Shown piece after piece: positions 1 through 9,080 of a stretch of DNA of 64,000 nt (its first letter is position 1; every line of letters begins with the position of its first letter). Both the position numbers and the translations under genes were made by a program. The notes under the pieces are model-generated. The model saw only the letters and a program-made list of their open reading frames with translations, was not told where the DNA came from and ran no database searches. Source of the stretch: Dehalococcoidia bacterium (GTDB taxonomy: Bacteria > Chloroflexota > Dehalococcoidia > Lucifugimonadales > UBA3495); assembly GCA_965203195.1 (NCBI GenBank), contig OZ241860.1, forward strand, positions 1,986,334 to 2,050,333. The letters are read 5' to 3'.

Positions 1-331
1 CGATGACCTCCCGGCTTACCAGCGACGCCTTCATCCCCTCGGTGCCCATTGAGATGCCGTCGCTCACGGTGATGGTGCCGAACTGGAACGGCGTCCCGTC
101 GCCCTGCCGGATGCCCTCTTTGACGGCGGCGGCAATGCGGTCCAGATGCACATTGCAGGGCGTAACGTCGCTGGCCAGGTTGGCCACGGCGACAAAGGGC
201 TTGTCCAGGTCGGCGCTGGTCAGGCCCATGGCCATCAGCATAGCGCGGGCCGGCGCCCGTTCCGGCCCTTCGGTGATGTCGCGGCTGCGGTGCTTCAGCA
301 GGGCCCGGGGGCTGCGCGTGGTAGTAGTCAA
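1..331 (-). CDS. ilvD: dihydroxy-acid dehydratase, N-terminal part (gene continues past window start)
   Basis: Minus-strand translation from TTG at 331, preceded by GGAGGA, reads MTTTTRSPRALLKHRSRDITEGPERAPARAMLMAMGLTSADLDKPFVAVANLASDVTPCNVHLDRIAAAVKEGIRQGDGTPFQFGTITVSDGISMGTEGMKASLVSREVI. This is a typical IlvD N-terminus. It is absent from the ORF track because it is partial. Confidence 0.85.
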   Translation of the reverse strand, partial: MTTTTRSPRALLKHRSRDITEGPERAPARAMLMAMGLTSADLDKPFVAVANLASDVTPCNVHLDRIAAAVKEGIRQGDGTPFQFGTITVSDGISMGTEGMKASLVSREVI

Positions 332-778
332 AATGTCCTCCTCATCGGGCCGGCGCGCCCGGCGTCGTACAGCAATTGCGCCGCCTGATTGTAAATTGCC
401 CCCCCAACCGGCGGCAAGCAAAGCCCGGCGGGGCCGGCCGGCGCGATACGATGGCGTCGTCCAAAGAGTCCACGGACGGTGGCGGACGGCAAGGGCGGCG
501 GCGGAGGCGACCTATGGCAAAAGTGCGCGGCCTCGTCGACAGCGCGGCCCGGCCTGGCGGCAGCGATGGGCGCGCCGGCCGGCAAACATTGGCGCATAGC
601 CGGCGTAGCGCGCCTGTGACCGGTCTGCCCGTTAGAGAACGGCAATGTCATAATGCCGTCGGGCTTGATTTCCCGCAGCTGCGGGTAGCCCAAGCCTACA
701 GCCGGGCCATTACGCCGGGCCGGAAATTTTCTTTGCCGGCATTGACCTGCCTGGTGAGCTCGGTGGGGCGGATGGCCG

Positions 779-1075
779 CTATTGCCCGTTGGCGCGGTTC
801 TGATACCGGGCCTGGTACTCCTGCAACAGATGGGGCAGAAGGTCGGGATTGGTTTGCACCGCCGCGTTGAGCACGTCCAGCATCGCGGCGGTTTCCCGCC
901 GGCTTTCAGCCCTGCCTTTCGCTATGCCTTTGGCCCGGCCTTCCGCCCGCGCCTGGTTCAGTTTGCGGCGGCGCTCCGCCAGTGCGATGAACATTTTTAC
1001 CCCCCAGTTCCGTCAGAATCGCCGGCGAGAGCGAGACGAACAGGCTCCACTACTCCCGCAGGTTCATAATTGCCA
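779..1075 (-). pseudogene. decayed tandem copy of the EG-repeat small membrane protein gene
   Basis: About 360 bp tandem duplication of 1137-1574. The C-terminal 71 codons (779-994) are intact. The region homologous to the TM part carries an in-frame TAG (cgg gag tag tgg versus tgg gag tgg) and a 1-nt indel just upstream of ATG 994. Confidence 0.5.
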
Positions 1076-1136
1076 GGGCAACGGAGCGTTTGCCGGCGTT
1101 GACCTGCCTGATGAGCTCGGTTGGGGCGGATGGCCG

Positions 1137-1574
1137 CTATTGCCCGGTGTCGTGGTTCTGATACCGGGCCCGGTACTCCTGCAACAGATGAGGCAGAAGG
1201 TCGGGATTGGTTTGCACCGCCGCGTTGAGCACGTCCAGTATCGCGGCGGTTTCTCGCCGGCTTTCGGCTATGCCTTCCACCCGGCCTTCCACCCGGCCTT
1301 CCACCCGGCCTTCCGTTATGCCCTCCGCTCTCGCCTGGTTCAGTTTGCGGCGGCGCTCCGCCAGTGCGATGAACATTTTGACCCCCAGTTCCGTCAGAAT
1401 CGCCAGCGAGAGCGAGACGAACAGGCCCCACTCCCACAAGCCCATAATTGCCGGCGGCGTCTGTTCCCAACCCCAGCTGTGACCCTGCGCCCACAAAGTC
1501 AGCAGGTTGACCGGCCAGATGCCGAGGATGATAAGCGGGATATGTTTTACCGCATCGCGCGGCAGTATGTCCAT
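1137..1574 (-). CDS. small membrane protein with (E-G-R-V)n repeat and conserved NPDLLPHLLQEY tail
   Basis: 145-aa ORF with a hydrophobic N-terminal half (IPLIILGIWPVNLL, GLFVSLSLAILTEL). This is followed by ARAEGITEGRVEGRVEGRVEGIAE, encoded by a 12-bp tandem repeat. Paralogue at 34851-35309. Confidence 0.6.
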   Translation of the reverse strand: MDILPRDAVKHIPLIILGIWPVNLLTLWAQGHSWGWEQTPPAIMGLWEWGLFVSLSLAILTELGVKMFIALAERRRKLNQARAEGITEGRVEGRVEGRVEGIAESRRETAAILDVLNAAVQTNPDLLPHLLQEYRARYQNHDTGQ

Positions 1575-1664
1575 GATAACCCGACTCCAATGATAACCCG
1601 GCTCCGGCGGGGGCGCCAGCCGCCGCCGGCGGGGGGCGTCGCCGGAGCCGGCCGGTTCGCCGCG

Positions 1665-2483
1665 CTAGTAGTACACGGCGTTGCCCGTGCCGCCGCCGGC
1701 GGCGATCAGCTCGCCGGTGACGGCCCACGCCTTGTCCGACGCCAGGAACGCCGTCAGGTAGCCGATTTCCGAGGCGTCCACCATCCGGCAGATGTGGTTG
1801 CCCCGGGGCGAGCCGGGGGCGAAGTCCTGCTGTTCGGCCTCCGCCGGCGAAACGCCCAGCTGTTCGGCGCGGGCCGCCAGCAGGCCGGGCGTGCGCTCGG
1901 TGCGCGTAGTGCCGGGATGGATGCAGTTGACGGTGATGCCGAACTGCCCCAGCTGCGTGGCCAGCGTCTTGGTCAGATGCACCATTGACACATTGCGCGC
2001 GCCGCCGCTGAGGTTGCCGGCGTTGCGGGCGTTCAGGCCGCTGATGTTGATGATGCGCCCGTAGCCCTGCGCCTTAAGCAGGGGTATGGCCGCCCGGCAG
2101 CAGCGCAGCGCGCCCACGAATTTGACATCAAAGTCGCTGATGAGATCCTCGTCAACCAGCCCCTCAATGGGGCCGGTGGCCGAGGGCGAACCGCCGGGCA
2201 GCGACGCGCTGTTGACCAGTATGTGCAGCCCGCCCAGGGCATCGGCCGCCGCATTCACCACCCGGTCAACCTGTTCCCGCTGGGTGGCGTCAAAGGACAT
2301 CGGGATGGCCCGGCGTCCGGTGGTTTCCACAATTTCGGCGGCGGCCTTTTCCAGGTCGGGCATAGAGCGCGAGGCCACGACCACGTCGGCGCCCTCCCGC
2401 GCCAGTTCCAGGGCAATGGCCTTGCCGATGCCGCGGCTGGCGCCGCCCACGAATGCCAGCTTGTCTTCCAGTCCAAAATCCAT
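1665..2483 (-). CDS. SDR-family oxidoreductase
   Basis: Glycine-rich Rossmann motif VGGASRGIGKAIALELA, then NSAS and later GITVNCIHPG, a typical short-chain dehydrogenase layout. Start set at ATG 2483, which has GGAGGC upstream. The longer track ORF reaching 2591 is Arg/Pro-rich read-through. Confidence 0.85.
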   Translation of the reverse strand: MDFGLEDKLAFVGGASRGIGKAIALELAREGADVVVASRSMPDLEKAAAEIVETTGRRAIPMSFDATQREQVDRVVNAAADALGGLHILVNSASLPGGSPSATGPIEGLVDEDLISDFDVKFVGALRCCRAAIPLLKAQGYGRIINISGLNARNAGNLSGGARNVSMVHLTKTLATQLGQFGITVNCIHPGTTRTERTPGLLAARAEQLGVSPAEAEQQDFAPGSPRGNHICRMVDASEIGYLTAFLASDKAWAVTGELIAAGGGTGNAVYY

Positions 2484-2540
2484 AACGATAGCCTCCGTTG
2501 TCCGCATACTTGCGATGCGGGGTTGCGCTTGACGGGCGGC

Positions 2541-2546
2541 ATTATA
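2541..2546 (-). promoter_or_regulatory. candidate -10 box (TATAAT) for the SDR gene
   Basis: Minus strand reads gttgTATAATgcc, 57 nt upstream of ATG 2483. It belongs to a recurring gcTATAATgcc-like motif in this window. Confidence 0.35.
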
Positions 2547-2666
2547 CAACCCCCGGGGCAGGGCGCGGGCTGGCGTGGGCCGGGCTGGCACCGGGCCCAG
2601 TTTCGTTTCCGGCGGTAAGCGGTCAAACGCTGCCGGGGCGACGGATTGACCAGGAGGGGGCGGATT

Positions 2667-5528
2667 TTACTCAGATGGCAACCGGGGCGGTTTCGTACCG
2701 TGAATTGACGGTTCCGCGGCCAGCAGGGCCCGCCAGCGGGCCGCCGCGGCGCCGGCGGCATCGTCCAGGCCCAGCAGATCCCCAAGCAGCCGCTCGTCCA
2801 GGGCAATGCGGGCCGGGTCGACGGCGCAGTGGTGGCCGGGTTGGAACCGGCGCGGGCGAAAATCGCGGTAGATGGCTTGCGCCGCATCCAGCTGCCAGGC
2901 CGCCAGCTGCCGCGCATCCAGCGTCGCCATACTTTCCAGCATCCCCTTGTTGCCTATGCCCCGGCCCTGCTGCGCCCGGTTGGAGTGGTTGGCGTGAAGC
3001 AGCATCCCCAGCGTGGAGTTGCACCACAGCGCCAGCGCGATTTCCCGCGCGTGCCTGACCGATGGGTCATCGTCCCGAACCTGCATTGTGTACCAGGAAT
3101 TGACGCCCAACACGCGAAAATCGGTCATTGCCGCCATTATCCGCTGGGAGTTGTATCTGACATTGCGGGTCAGGTGCAGCGTACCCGCCCGTTCCCAAAG
3201 GGGCCGGTGGTCGCGGCCCGGCCGGGGCAGCAGCCAGGCGTTGGGGGCGGCGGTTATGCCTTGATGCGCCGCCGCCGAATGCCGCCAGAGTGCGGGGTAC
3301 TGCGCCGGTTCGTTCCGTCCGTGATGGGAATCAAAGACGCCGTTGGGTCCGTGTATCGCCCGGTCCTCCGGCCCGACCGCGCAGACCCGGCCCAGAGGGG
3401 CGACGGGAATTGTCCCCGCGATTCGGCTGCCGTCGGCGGTCCAGATTTCGCCCCGTTCGATGGCCGCCGCAAACTGCGCGGTCAGCGCGTGTTGCCAGCG
3501 GGCGGCGGCCCAGGGCGGGGCGCCTACCGGGCCGTCCACGATTTCGCCCCACTGTTCGCCGCCGATGAACAAGGGCGTACCGCCAACCGGAGGCCCGTCG
3601 GAACGCAGTGACGGGGCCGCCGCCGCAGTGTGCACCGCGCTAACCACCGCCAGGGCGTCGGTATCCCGGCGCAGGCCGCGCCACAGGTTGACGAACCGGC
3701 CCCGGCCCGACGGGGTTTCGTCATTGCGCAACTTGCGGGCCACCAGCAGGATTTCCGCAATGCCGGTGTCGTAGGACATAGAACGCAAGTGGCTGTCCTG
3801 GGAGGACACGACGAACTCAATGTCATAGCGCTCGGCAAGCATCCGGCGAATGCCGCGCCACGATTGGCCCGACAAGGCGGTTACCGGCAGCACCAGGGCG
3901 ATGCGCCCACCCGGTTTGACCATCCGGTCGGCAAGCACAGTGAACGATGAACCATGCCCGGCAATTTTGTTAGCCGGCGTGCCACGCTGCAAGTTGGTTA
4001 TATGGGCAATCATATGTTCCAACTTCTCTGTATCCTCTTTTGGCAGCGAAAACACGCTTGCCAACGCGACTTCGTCCTTGCCGCCATCATTCCCGCTCCG
4101 CGTATATGGGGGATTGCTGATGACCAGGTCGACATTAGGTCGCTGGACAACGCTTCCCGCGCCGCTGGTAGCTCCAATCTGTTCCCGTGTGGCTGAAAAG
4201 GACGATTGCGCTTCGGGAGCTTTCAGCCAGTCTAAGGAGCCGAAATGAGCGCCGCCGGACATTTCATCAATGCCGTACATCAGGGTATGCAGCTGCATCC
4301 GTTCAAAGCGCACTGACGGGGACATTGCGGCCAGGGTGGCCGCGGTGAGGTGGATCGCCGCCGGCACGACGTCGGTTCCGATGATGATGCGTTCTACCAG
4401 GGCCTGATGCAGCGCCGGGTCGGTGGCGCCGCCGCCGCTGGCGGAGCAGTTTTGGAGTATCCGGCGATATGCCGCCATCAGCAGGGTTCCGGTGCCGCAG
4501 GCCGGGTCGACCAGGCGGAATTGGGACAGGGCGTCAACTTGATTCCAGGCCAGGCCGGGCCAGCGTTCCGGGGCCAGGGCCAGGCCGGCCAGCAGGGTTG
4601 AGGAAGGGATGCTGGTATAGTAGGCGGCCAGCAGTTTGCGCTCGGCAATCAGCCGGTTGAAAATGCGCCCGGCGAGGTCATGCCGGCCCAGGGCGCGCAT
4701 TGCCAGCAGGTCGGCGGCGGTCTGGGCGCAGGCGGCGAGCACGGCGTCGGCTTCAAGGTCGGAAAGTTCCGCCACCACCTGTTTCGCCATATGAAATATG
4801 GGGTAGTAGTCAACGGACAGGATGGCTTCCCACATTTGCAGCAGCCGGATGCGGGAAAATATGCCGCCGCGCCGGGCCGCGCTGACGGGCTGGTACAGGG
4901 CGTCGGCGCTGGCCAGTCGTTCCTGAAAGGCCATGGCGTTGATGATGACCAGGGCGGCCATATTGGCGGATTCGGCGCTGGCGTCGGCGCCGAAAACCCG
5001 GGCCACCCGCGTCAGGGTTCCCGGCGACTGGCCGAGGCGGGAACCGGCCCGGCGGGCGCCCTCGTCGAGCAGGGCCACGGCGGCCTCCAGATTGCCGGCG
5101 GGCGGAGTGGCGCGCGCCACGGCCGCGCCGAGTTCGGCCACGTCGCCGGCCAATTTGGGGCCGGCCGTGCCGTCGGCGCGCCATTCCTGCCACTGCAAGG
5201 CAGCGGCGGCCAACCTGGCGTGGAGATGCTGCTGGGGCGTGGCGCGGACGCTTTCGGGTACGACTACGGCAAAGGCGGTCTGTACGCTGCGCCCGTCGAT
5301 TTCCATACCCAGCCGGGAGAGGGCGTCGGCGGCCACTGTAGGCGCCGGGGCAATTTCAACCTCCAGGATGGCCGGCCCGCCGGGCCGGCGTGCCAGAATG
5401 TCGGGGCGCCGGCCGGCGTGGAGGGTTTCGGCGACGGCGTCCAGCCCGACCCGTTCCCGGAGCAGCCGGGCCAGCGCGTCGTTGATGACGCTTTCGTGGC
5501 TGCGGTCGTGGTCGGATGCTACAATCAT
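2667..5528 (-). CDS. large (953 aa) gamma-class N6-adenine DNA methyltransferase with extra N- and C-terminal domains; possible single-chain type IIG/IIL-like enzyme
   Basis: Motif I LVDPACGTGTLLMAA lies upstream of motif IV VISNPPYTRS. About 330 aa precede the MTase core and about 400 aa follow it. The N-terminus has RRPDILARRPGGPAILEVEI. Start moved to ATG 5528 so the gene does not overlap the divergent gene at 5620. Confidence 0.75.
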   Translation of the reverse strand: MIVASDHDRSHESVINDALARLLRERVGLDAVAETLHAGRRPDILARRPGGPAILEVEIAPAPTVAADALSRLGMEIDGRSVQTAFAVVVPESVRATPQQHLHARLAAAALQWQEWRADGTAGPKLAGDVAELGAAVARATPPAGNLEAAVALLDEGARRAGSRLGQSPGTLTRVARVFGADASAESANMAALVIINAMAFQERLASADALYQPVSAARRGGIFSRIRLLQMWEAILSVDYYPIFHMAKQVVAELSDLEADAVLAACAQTAADLLAMRALGRHDLAGRIFNRLIAERKLLAAYYTSIPSSTLLAGLALAPERWPGLAWNQVDALSQFRLVDPACGTGTLLMAAYRRILQNCSASGGGATDPALHQALVERIIIGTDVVPAAIHLTAATLAAMSPSVRFERMQLHTLMYGIDEMSGGAHFGSLDWLKAPEAQSSFSATREQIGATSGAGSVVQRPNVDLVISNPPYTRSGNDGGKDEVALASVFSLPKEDTEKLEHMIAHITNLQRGTPANKIAGHGSSFTVLADRMVKPGGRIALVLPVTALSGQSWRGIRRMLAERYDIEFVVSSQDSHLRSMSYDTGIAEILLVARKLRNDETPSGRGRFVNLWRGLRRDTDALAVVSAVHTAAAAPSLRSDGPPVGGTPLFIGGEQWGEIVDGPVGAPPWAAARWQHALTAQFAAAIERGEIWTADGSRIAGTIPVAPLGRVCAVGPEDRAIHGPNGVFDSHHGRNEPAQYPALWRHSAAAHQGITAAPNAWLLPRPGRDHRPLWERAGTLHLTRNVRYNSQRIMAAMTDFRVLGVNSWYTMQVRDDDPSVRHAREIALALWCNSTLGMLLHANHSNRAQQGRGIGNKGMLESMATLDARQLAAWQLDAAQAIYRDFRPRRFQPGHHCAVDPARIALDERLLGDLLGLDDAAGAAAARWRALLAAEPSIHGTKPPRLPSE

Positions 5529-5619
5529 AATTGGACGGGATAAGGGGACGGCCCAGCGGGTCGCGGCCCGGCCGATAATCCGGTAGCCGGATAATATCAG
5601 AGAGTCTTGAGGGGCGAGT

Positions 5620-5973
5620 ATGAGTTCTTTTGAGATTGAAATCGGCGTCGCGGGCGGCAACGGGGATGCCCCGGTACGCCTGTCCGCTCTGGTGGACACC
5701 GGGGCGGCGCATTCGATGCTGCCGGCGTCTTTGCTGGCGCGGCTGGGTGTCAAACCGAGCCGGCAGCGCACCTTTACGGTAGCCGACGGCCGCGCCGTGA
5801 ACTACGACCTCGGCCGCGCTATGTTTTTCATCGGACCGGAAGTGGCGACTTGCCCGGTTATTTTCGGACCGGAGGGGCGCTACCTGCTGGGCGCGACGAC
5901 TTTGGGGAGCCTCGACCTGGCGGTTGACCCGGTGAACCGGCGGCTGATGCCGGTGCAGACGCTATACCTCTGA
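5620..5973 (+). CDS. retropepsin-like (clan AA) aspartic protease, single-domain
   Basis: 117 aa with LVDTGAAHSMLP (D-T-G active-site signature) and a later LLGATTL flap-like segment. GAGGGG lies upstream of the ATG. Confidence 0.7.
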   Translation: MSSFEIEIGVAGGNGDAPVRLSALVDTGAAHSMLPASLLARLGVKPSRQRTFTVADGRAVNYDLGRAMFFIGPEVATCPVIFGPEGRYLLGATTLGSLDLAVDPVNRRLMPVQTLYL

Positions 5974-6058
5974 TTATCCCGCAACCGGGGATGACAGATG
6001 ATAATGGACGGCGGGCAGCAGGCGGCGGCGCCAAGCTGCCGGGAGCATAATCGCCGGG

Positions 6059-7414
6059 CTAGATGACGCCGGCCCGCGCCAGGGCCGCCAGTTCCGGCGG
6101 CGGCAGCCCCAGCAGGCCGCCGTACACCGCCGCGTTGTGTTCGCCCAGCAGCGGCGCGCGGGACAACACGGTGGGCGTGGCGTCCAGGGTAAAGGGGGCG
6201 CCGGCGTATTCCAGCGGCCCCGTTTCGGGGTGGTCAACCGTCGCATAAAAGCCCCGCTCCCGCTGCTGGGGGCTGTGGAACACTTCGGACGGCGTGTAGT
6301 AGGGGGCGATGGGAACGCCGTGCGCCTGCCCCTCCGCGTACAGCCAGGCGCGGGTATGCCCGGCGAACCATTCCCGCAGCCGGCGGTTGAGTTCGGGGCC
6401 GTGGGTTGCCGGGTCGCGGAACATCTCCGGCGAGGCCCAGTCCGGGTGGCCCATAAAGGCCAGCAGGCCCTCAAACTGGCGGGGTTCCAGGGTCAGCAGC
6501 TCCACATAGCCGTCGGATGCCGGCATTACGCCGCCGACGCGGAAATAGCGCGTAAAACGGGTTTCGGTGATGCCCTCGGCCTCGTGGCGCTGGATGGGCA
6601 TATAGCCTACGGACAGCTGGGCTTCCTGGGCGGAGGCGTCCACCAGCTGGCCGCGCTGTGGCCGTCCGCCGTCCGTCTCAATGCGGTCAATACTGTCACT
6701 GCCGTCACTGCCGTCACTGCTATCACTGCTATCACTGCTATCACCGCCATCAGTGCCGTCAATGCCGCCGCTGTGGTCGGCGCCCATCCGGCGATAGACG
6801 GCGGCCAGGGCGCCCACGGCGGCGGTCAGGCCGGCCTGGTAGTCGCCCATATTGCCGCCGGCCGCGATGGGGGCGCGGTCGGGAAATGTGTCCAGCGCCA
6901 GTCCGTTGGGCAGCAGCCAGCCCTCGCCGCCGGCGTGAAAGACGGCCAGATGCCCGGCGCGGTAATCGGCATAGGGGCCGCTGCTGCCAAAGGGGGTGGC
7001 GGCGACGATGATGACATCCGGGTTGGCGGCCAGCAAGGCATCCGCGTCCAGCCCGGCGGCCACGGCGGCGGCCGGGGCGTAGTCGTGGATGACCACATCA
7101 ACCCGGCCCGCCAGCCGGCGCAACAGATCTTGGCCGGCGGCGTCCGTCAGGTTGAGCGTAACCGACTGCTTGCCAGTGTTCAGGTACAGATACAGCCCGC
7201 TGCGTTCCGGGTGGGGAATGTCGTTGGGGAAGGGGCCGCGCCGGCGGACCGGGTCGCCGGCGGGGGGCGGTTCCGCCTTGATGACCGCGGCGCCCAGGGA
7301 CGCCAGCAGCTTGCCGCAGTAGGGGCCGGGGATCAGCGAGGCCAGCTCCAGTATGCGGAGGCCGGACAGGGCGCCGACAGGGGATACATCGGGAGTAGTC
7401 ATAATGGCGGTCAC
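6059..7414 (-). CDS. family III CoA-transferase (CaiB/BaiF type) with an internal Asp/Ser/Gly low-complexity insert
   Basis: N-terminus LSGLRILELASLIPGPYCGKLLASLGAAVIKAE is typical of CaiB/BaiF enzymes. The insert reads GGIDGTDGGDSSDSSDSSDGSDGSDSIDRIE. Confidence 0.8.
   Translation of the reverse strand: MTAIMTTPDVSPVGALSGLRILELASLIPGPYCGKLLASLGAAVIKAEPPPAGDPVRRRGPFPNDIPHPERSGLYLYLNTGKQSVTLNLTDAAGQDLLRRLAGRVDVVIHDYAPAAAVAAGLDADALLAANPDVIIVAATPFGSSGPYADYRAGHLAVFHAGGEGWLLPNGLALDTFPDRAPIAAGGNMGDYQAGLTAAVGALAAVYRRMGADHSGGIDGTDGGDSSDSSDSSDGSDGSDSIDRIETDGGRPQRGQLVDASAQEAQLSVGYMPIQRHEAEGITETRFTRYFRVGGVMPASDGYVELLTLEPRQFEGLLAFMGHPDWASPEMFRDPATHGPELNRRLREWFAGHTRAWLYAEGQAHGVPIAPYYTPSEVFHSPQQRERGFYATVDHPETGPLEYAGAPFTLDATPTVLSRAPLLGEHNAAVYGGLLGLPPPELAALARAGVI
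6694..6768. repeat. 9-bp in-frame tandem repeat (gtcactgcc / atcactgct, about 8 units)
   Basis: Read directly from the sequence. It encodes the (D-S-S/D-G-S)n insert inside the CoA-transferase. Confidence 0.8.
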
Positions 7415-7665
7415 GCTTTACCAGGATCGGCACACGCTCACCCGGGAACCGCGGCAAGATGGGCGACTTTGCCGGAGCCCGGCAGTGCGGTTTGATGCCG
7501 CAATTCCAGGTTGCCAGCGTTCAGGGCGTACACTGCTCCATCGGTGGACGGTTAGGCAGCGCCGGCAATGTTCCCGTCCTGCGGATAATTGTCGTCGCCT
7601 GCCGAGACAAAATAGTGTTGGGGCTCTGACATCAGAATGTGAACGGCGGGCAGACGCCGGCGGCA

Positions 7666-9063
7666 TTATACCATACGCGACTGCACCGGCTGCCCTGTAT
7701 TGGGGTCAAGCATCGTCGGGATGCGGGGCATCCGATTGTCAAAGTACTCGGCGATTGACCAGAGCTGCACACGAGGATAGCTCTGGGCGCCTACGGTTAT
7801 CTGCCCTTTGCCGGCGGTTTCGCGCCAGGCATTGCTGCGCGGCCCGAATTGATCCAAAGTGACAAATATGCCCATCGCCGCGTTGTCCCGTTCCATAGCG
7901 GTCATAAATGCGCGCACTTGGTCGATGGTAGGGCGCCCGCCTTTGACCTGGGCCAGCACCAGAGGGGAAGCGTAGTCGCTGGGCTTGACCTGCATTCGGC
8001 CGCGTCCGTCGATGCCGCCGTCGCCGACCTTGGTTTCATTGGGGGCCAGCCCCGGTATTCGGGTTACGGCCCAAGCCTCAAAGTCCTGCGGATTGGCCTG
8101 CGCCAGACGCCGCGCGCCAGCCATATCTTGTGGTATGCCATCTACGCTGGCCTGTATTCCCAGCGGGGCCAGCCGATTTTGGGTAATGTCAACAGCGTGC
8201 GGCGATAGATCAATGCCGATCCACTGCCGATTGAGGGCGGCGGCGGCAACGATGGTAGTACCCCCGCCGCAGAAAGGATCCAACACCAAATCGCCCTCGT
8301 TGGACGAAGCGCTGATGATGCGTTTGAGCAGAGCGGCCGGCTTTTGCGTGGGGTAGCCGATGCGCTCCGGAGACCAAGTTTGCAGGGAATTGATGTCCGT
8401 CCACCAGTCCGGCATCCTGGCCCCGCGTTCCAAATCGCGCGGCTGGTTGTCAATGGAGACCCCGCCGCGGCTTTCAACCAATGCGGTTGAGGCGTCGGAA
8501 TACGGAACATACAGCCGATTAAATGTAACTGCCGCGGATTTGGTGTAGCGCAGGATGACATCGTGCTTGCGGGCAAAGTCATTGGCGGGAACGCCGCCGC
8601 CGCGATAGCACCAGATGATTTCGTTGCGAAAGCGGCTGGCCCCAAACACGCAGTCCAGCAGCATTTTGATGTAGTGACTGGCGGTGGGGTCGCAGTGCAA
8701 ATAGATAGTGGCCGTCTTTTTCATCAGCCGCCGCATTTCGGGCAAGCGATCCGCAAGGTAGCTCAGATAGGCCAGCATACCGGAATCGCCCAAAAACGCG
8801 CGCAGCCCGGTAATCACCCGATGCGCCGGGTGCGCGATGGCGTTGGCGATGCGCCGGGTGCGTTCTATTGCCGCCGCGTCCCATTTCCAGGTGTCCTGGA
8901 AAGCGCGGACCTGCGCCGGAACGCCGTTGCCTTCGCCAAAGAGGATGTTGTAGTTGGCGTTGCTGTTGAACGGCGGGTCAAGGTAGATGAGGTCAACGCT
9001 GCTGTCCGGCCACTGCCGCATCCAGTCCAGGCAGTCGCCGTAATACAGGGTTTGGGGGTTCAT
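7666..9063 (-). CDS. beta-class N4/N6 DNA methyltransferase fused to a C-terminal Mrr-like restriction-endonuclease domain
   Basis: Motif IV LIYLDPPFNSNANY precedes motif I VLDPFCGGGTTIVAA. The C-terminus GDGGIDGRGRMQV...LVLAQVKGGRPT...GIFVT resembles the Mrr-type PD-(D/E)XK core. ATG 9063 has GGAGAA upstream. The track start at 9192 reads through a repeat element. Confidence 0.8.
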   Translation of the reverse strand: MNPQTLYYGDCLDWMRQWPDSSVDLIYLDPPFNSNANYNILFGEGNGVPAQVRAFQDTWKWDAAAIERTRRIANAIAHPAHRVITGLRAFLGDSGMLAYLSYLADRLPEMRRLMKKTATIYLHCDPTASHYIKMLLDCVFGASRFRNEIIWCYRGGGVPANDFARKHDVILRYTKSAAVTFNRLYVPYSDASTALVESRGGVSIDNQPRDLERGARMPDWWTDINSLQTWSPERIGYPTQKPAALLKRIISASSNEGDLVLDPFCGGGTTIVAAAALNRQWIGIDLSPHAVDITQNRLAPLGIQASVDGIPQDMAGARRLAQANPQDFEAWAVTRIPGLAPNETKVGDGGIDGRGRMQVKPSDYASPLVLAQVKGGRPTIDQVRAFMTAMERDNAAMGIFVTLDQFGPRSNAWRETAGKGQITVGAQSYPRVQLWSIAEYFDNRMPRIPTMLDPNTGQPVQSRMV

Positions 9064-9080
9064 GGTATTCTCCTGATTCT

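Noticed and set aside
3-599. 198-aa plus-strand ORF at the window start
   Set aside because: It is Arg/Ala/Ser-rich with no recognisable motif. The opposite strand encodes a textbook IlvD N-terminus with an SD and a TTG start, so this is a shadow ORF.
332-778. Structured leader or riboswitch upstream of ilvD
   Set aside because: The intergenic region is long and GC-rich, but I could not identify any known riboswitch or T-box core by eye. A covariance-model scan would be needed.
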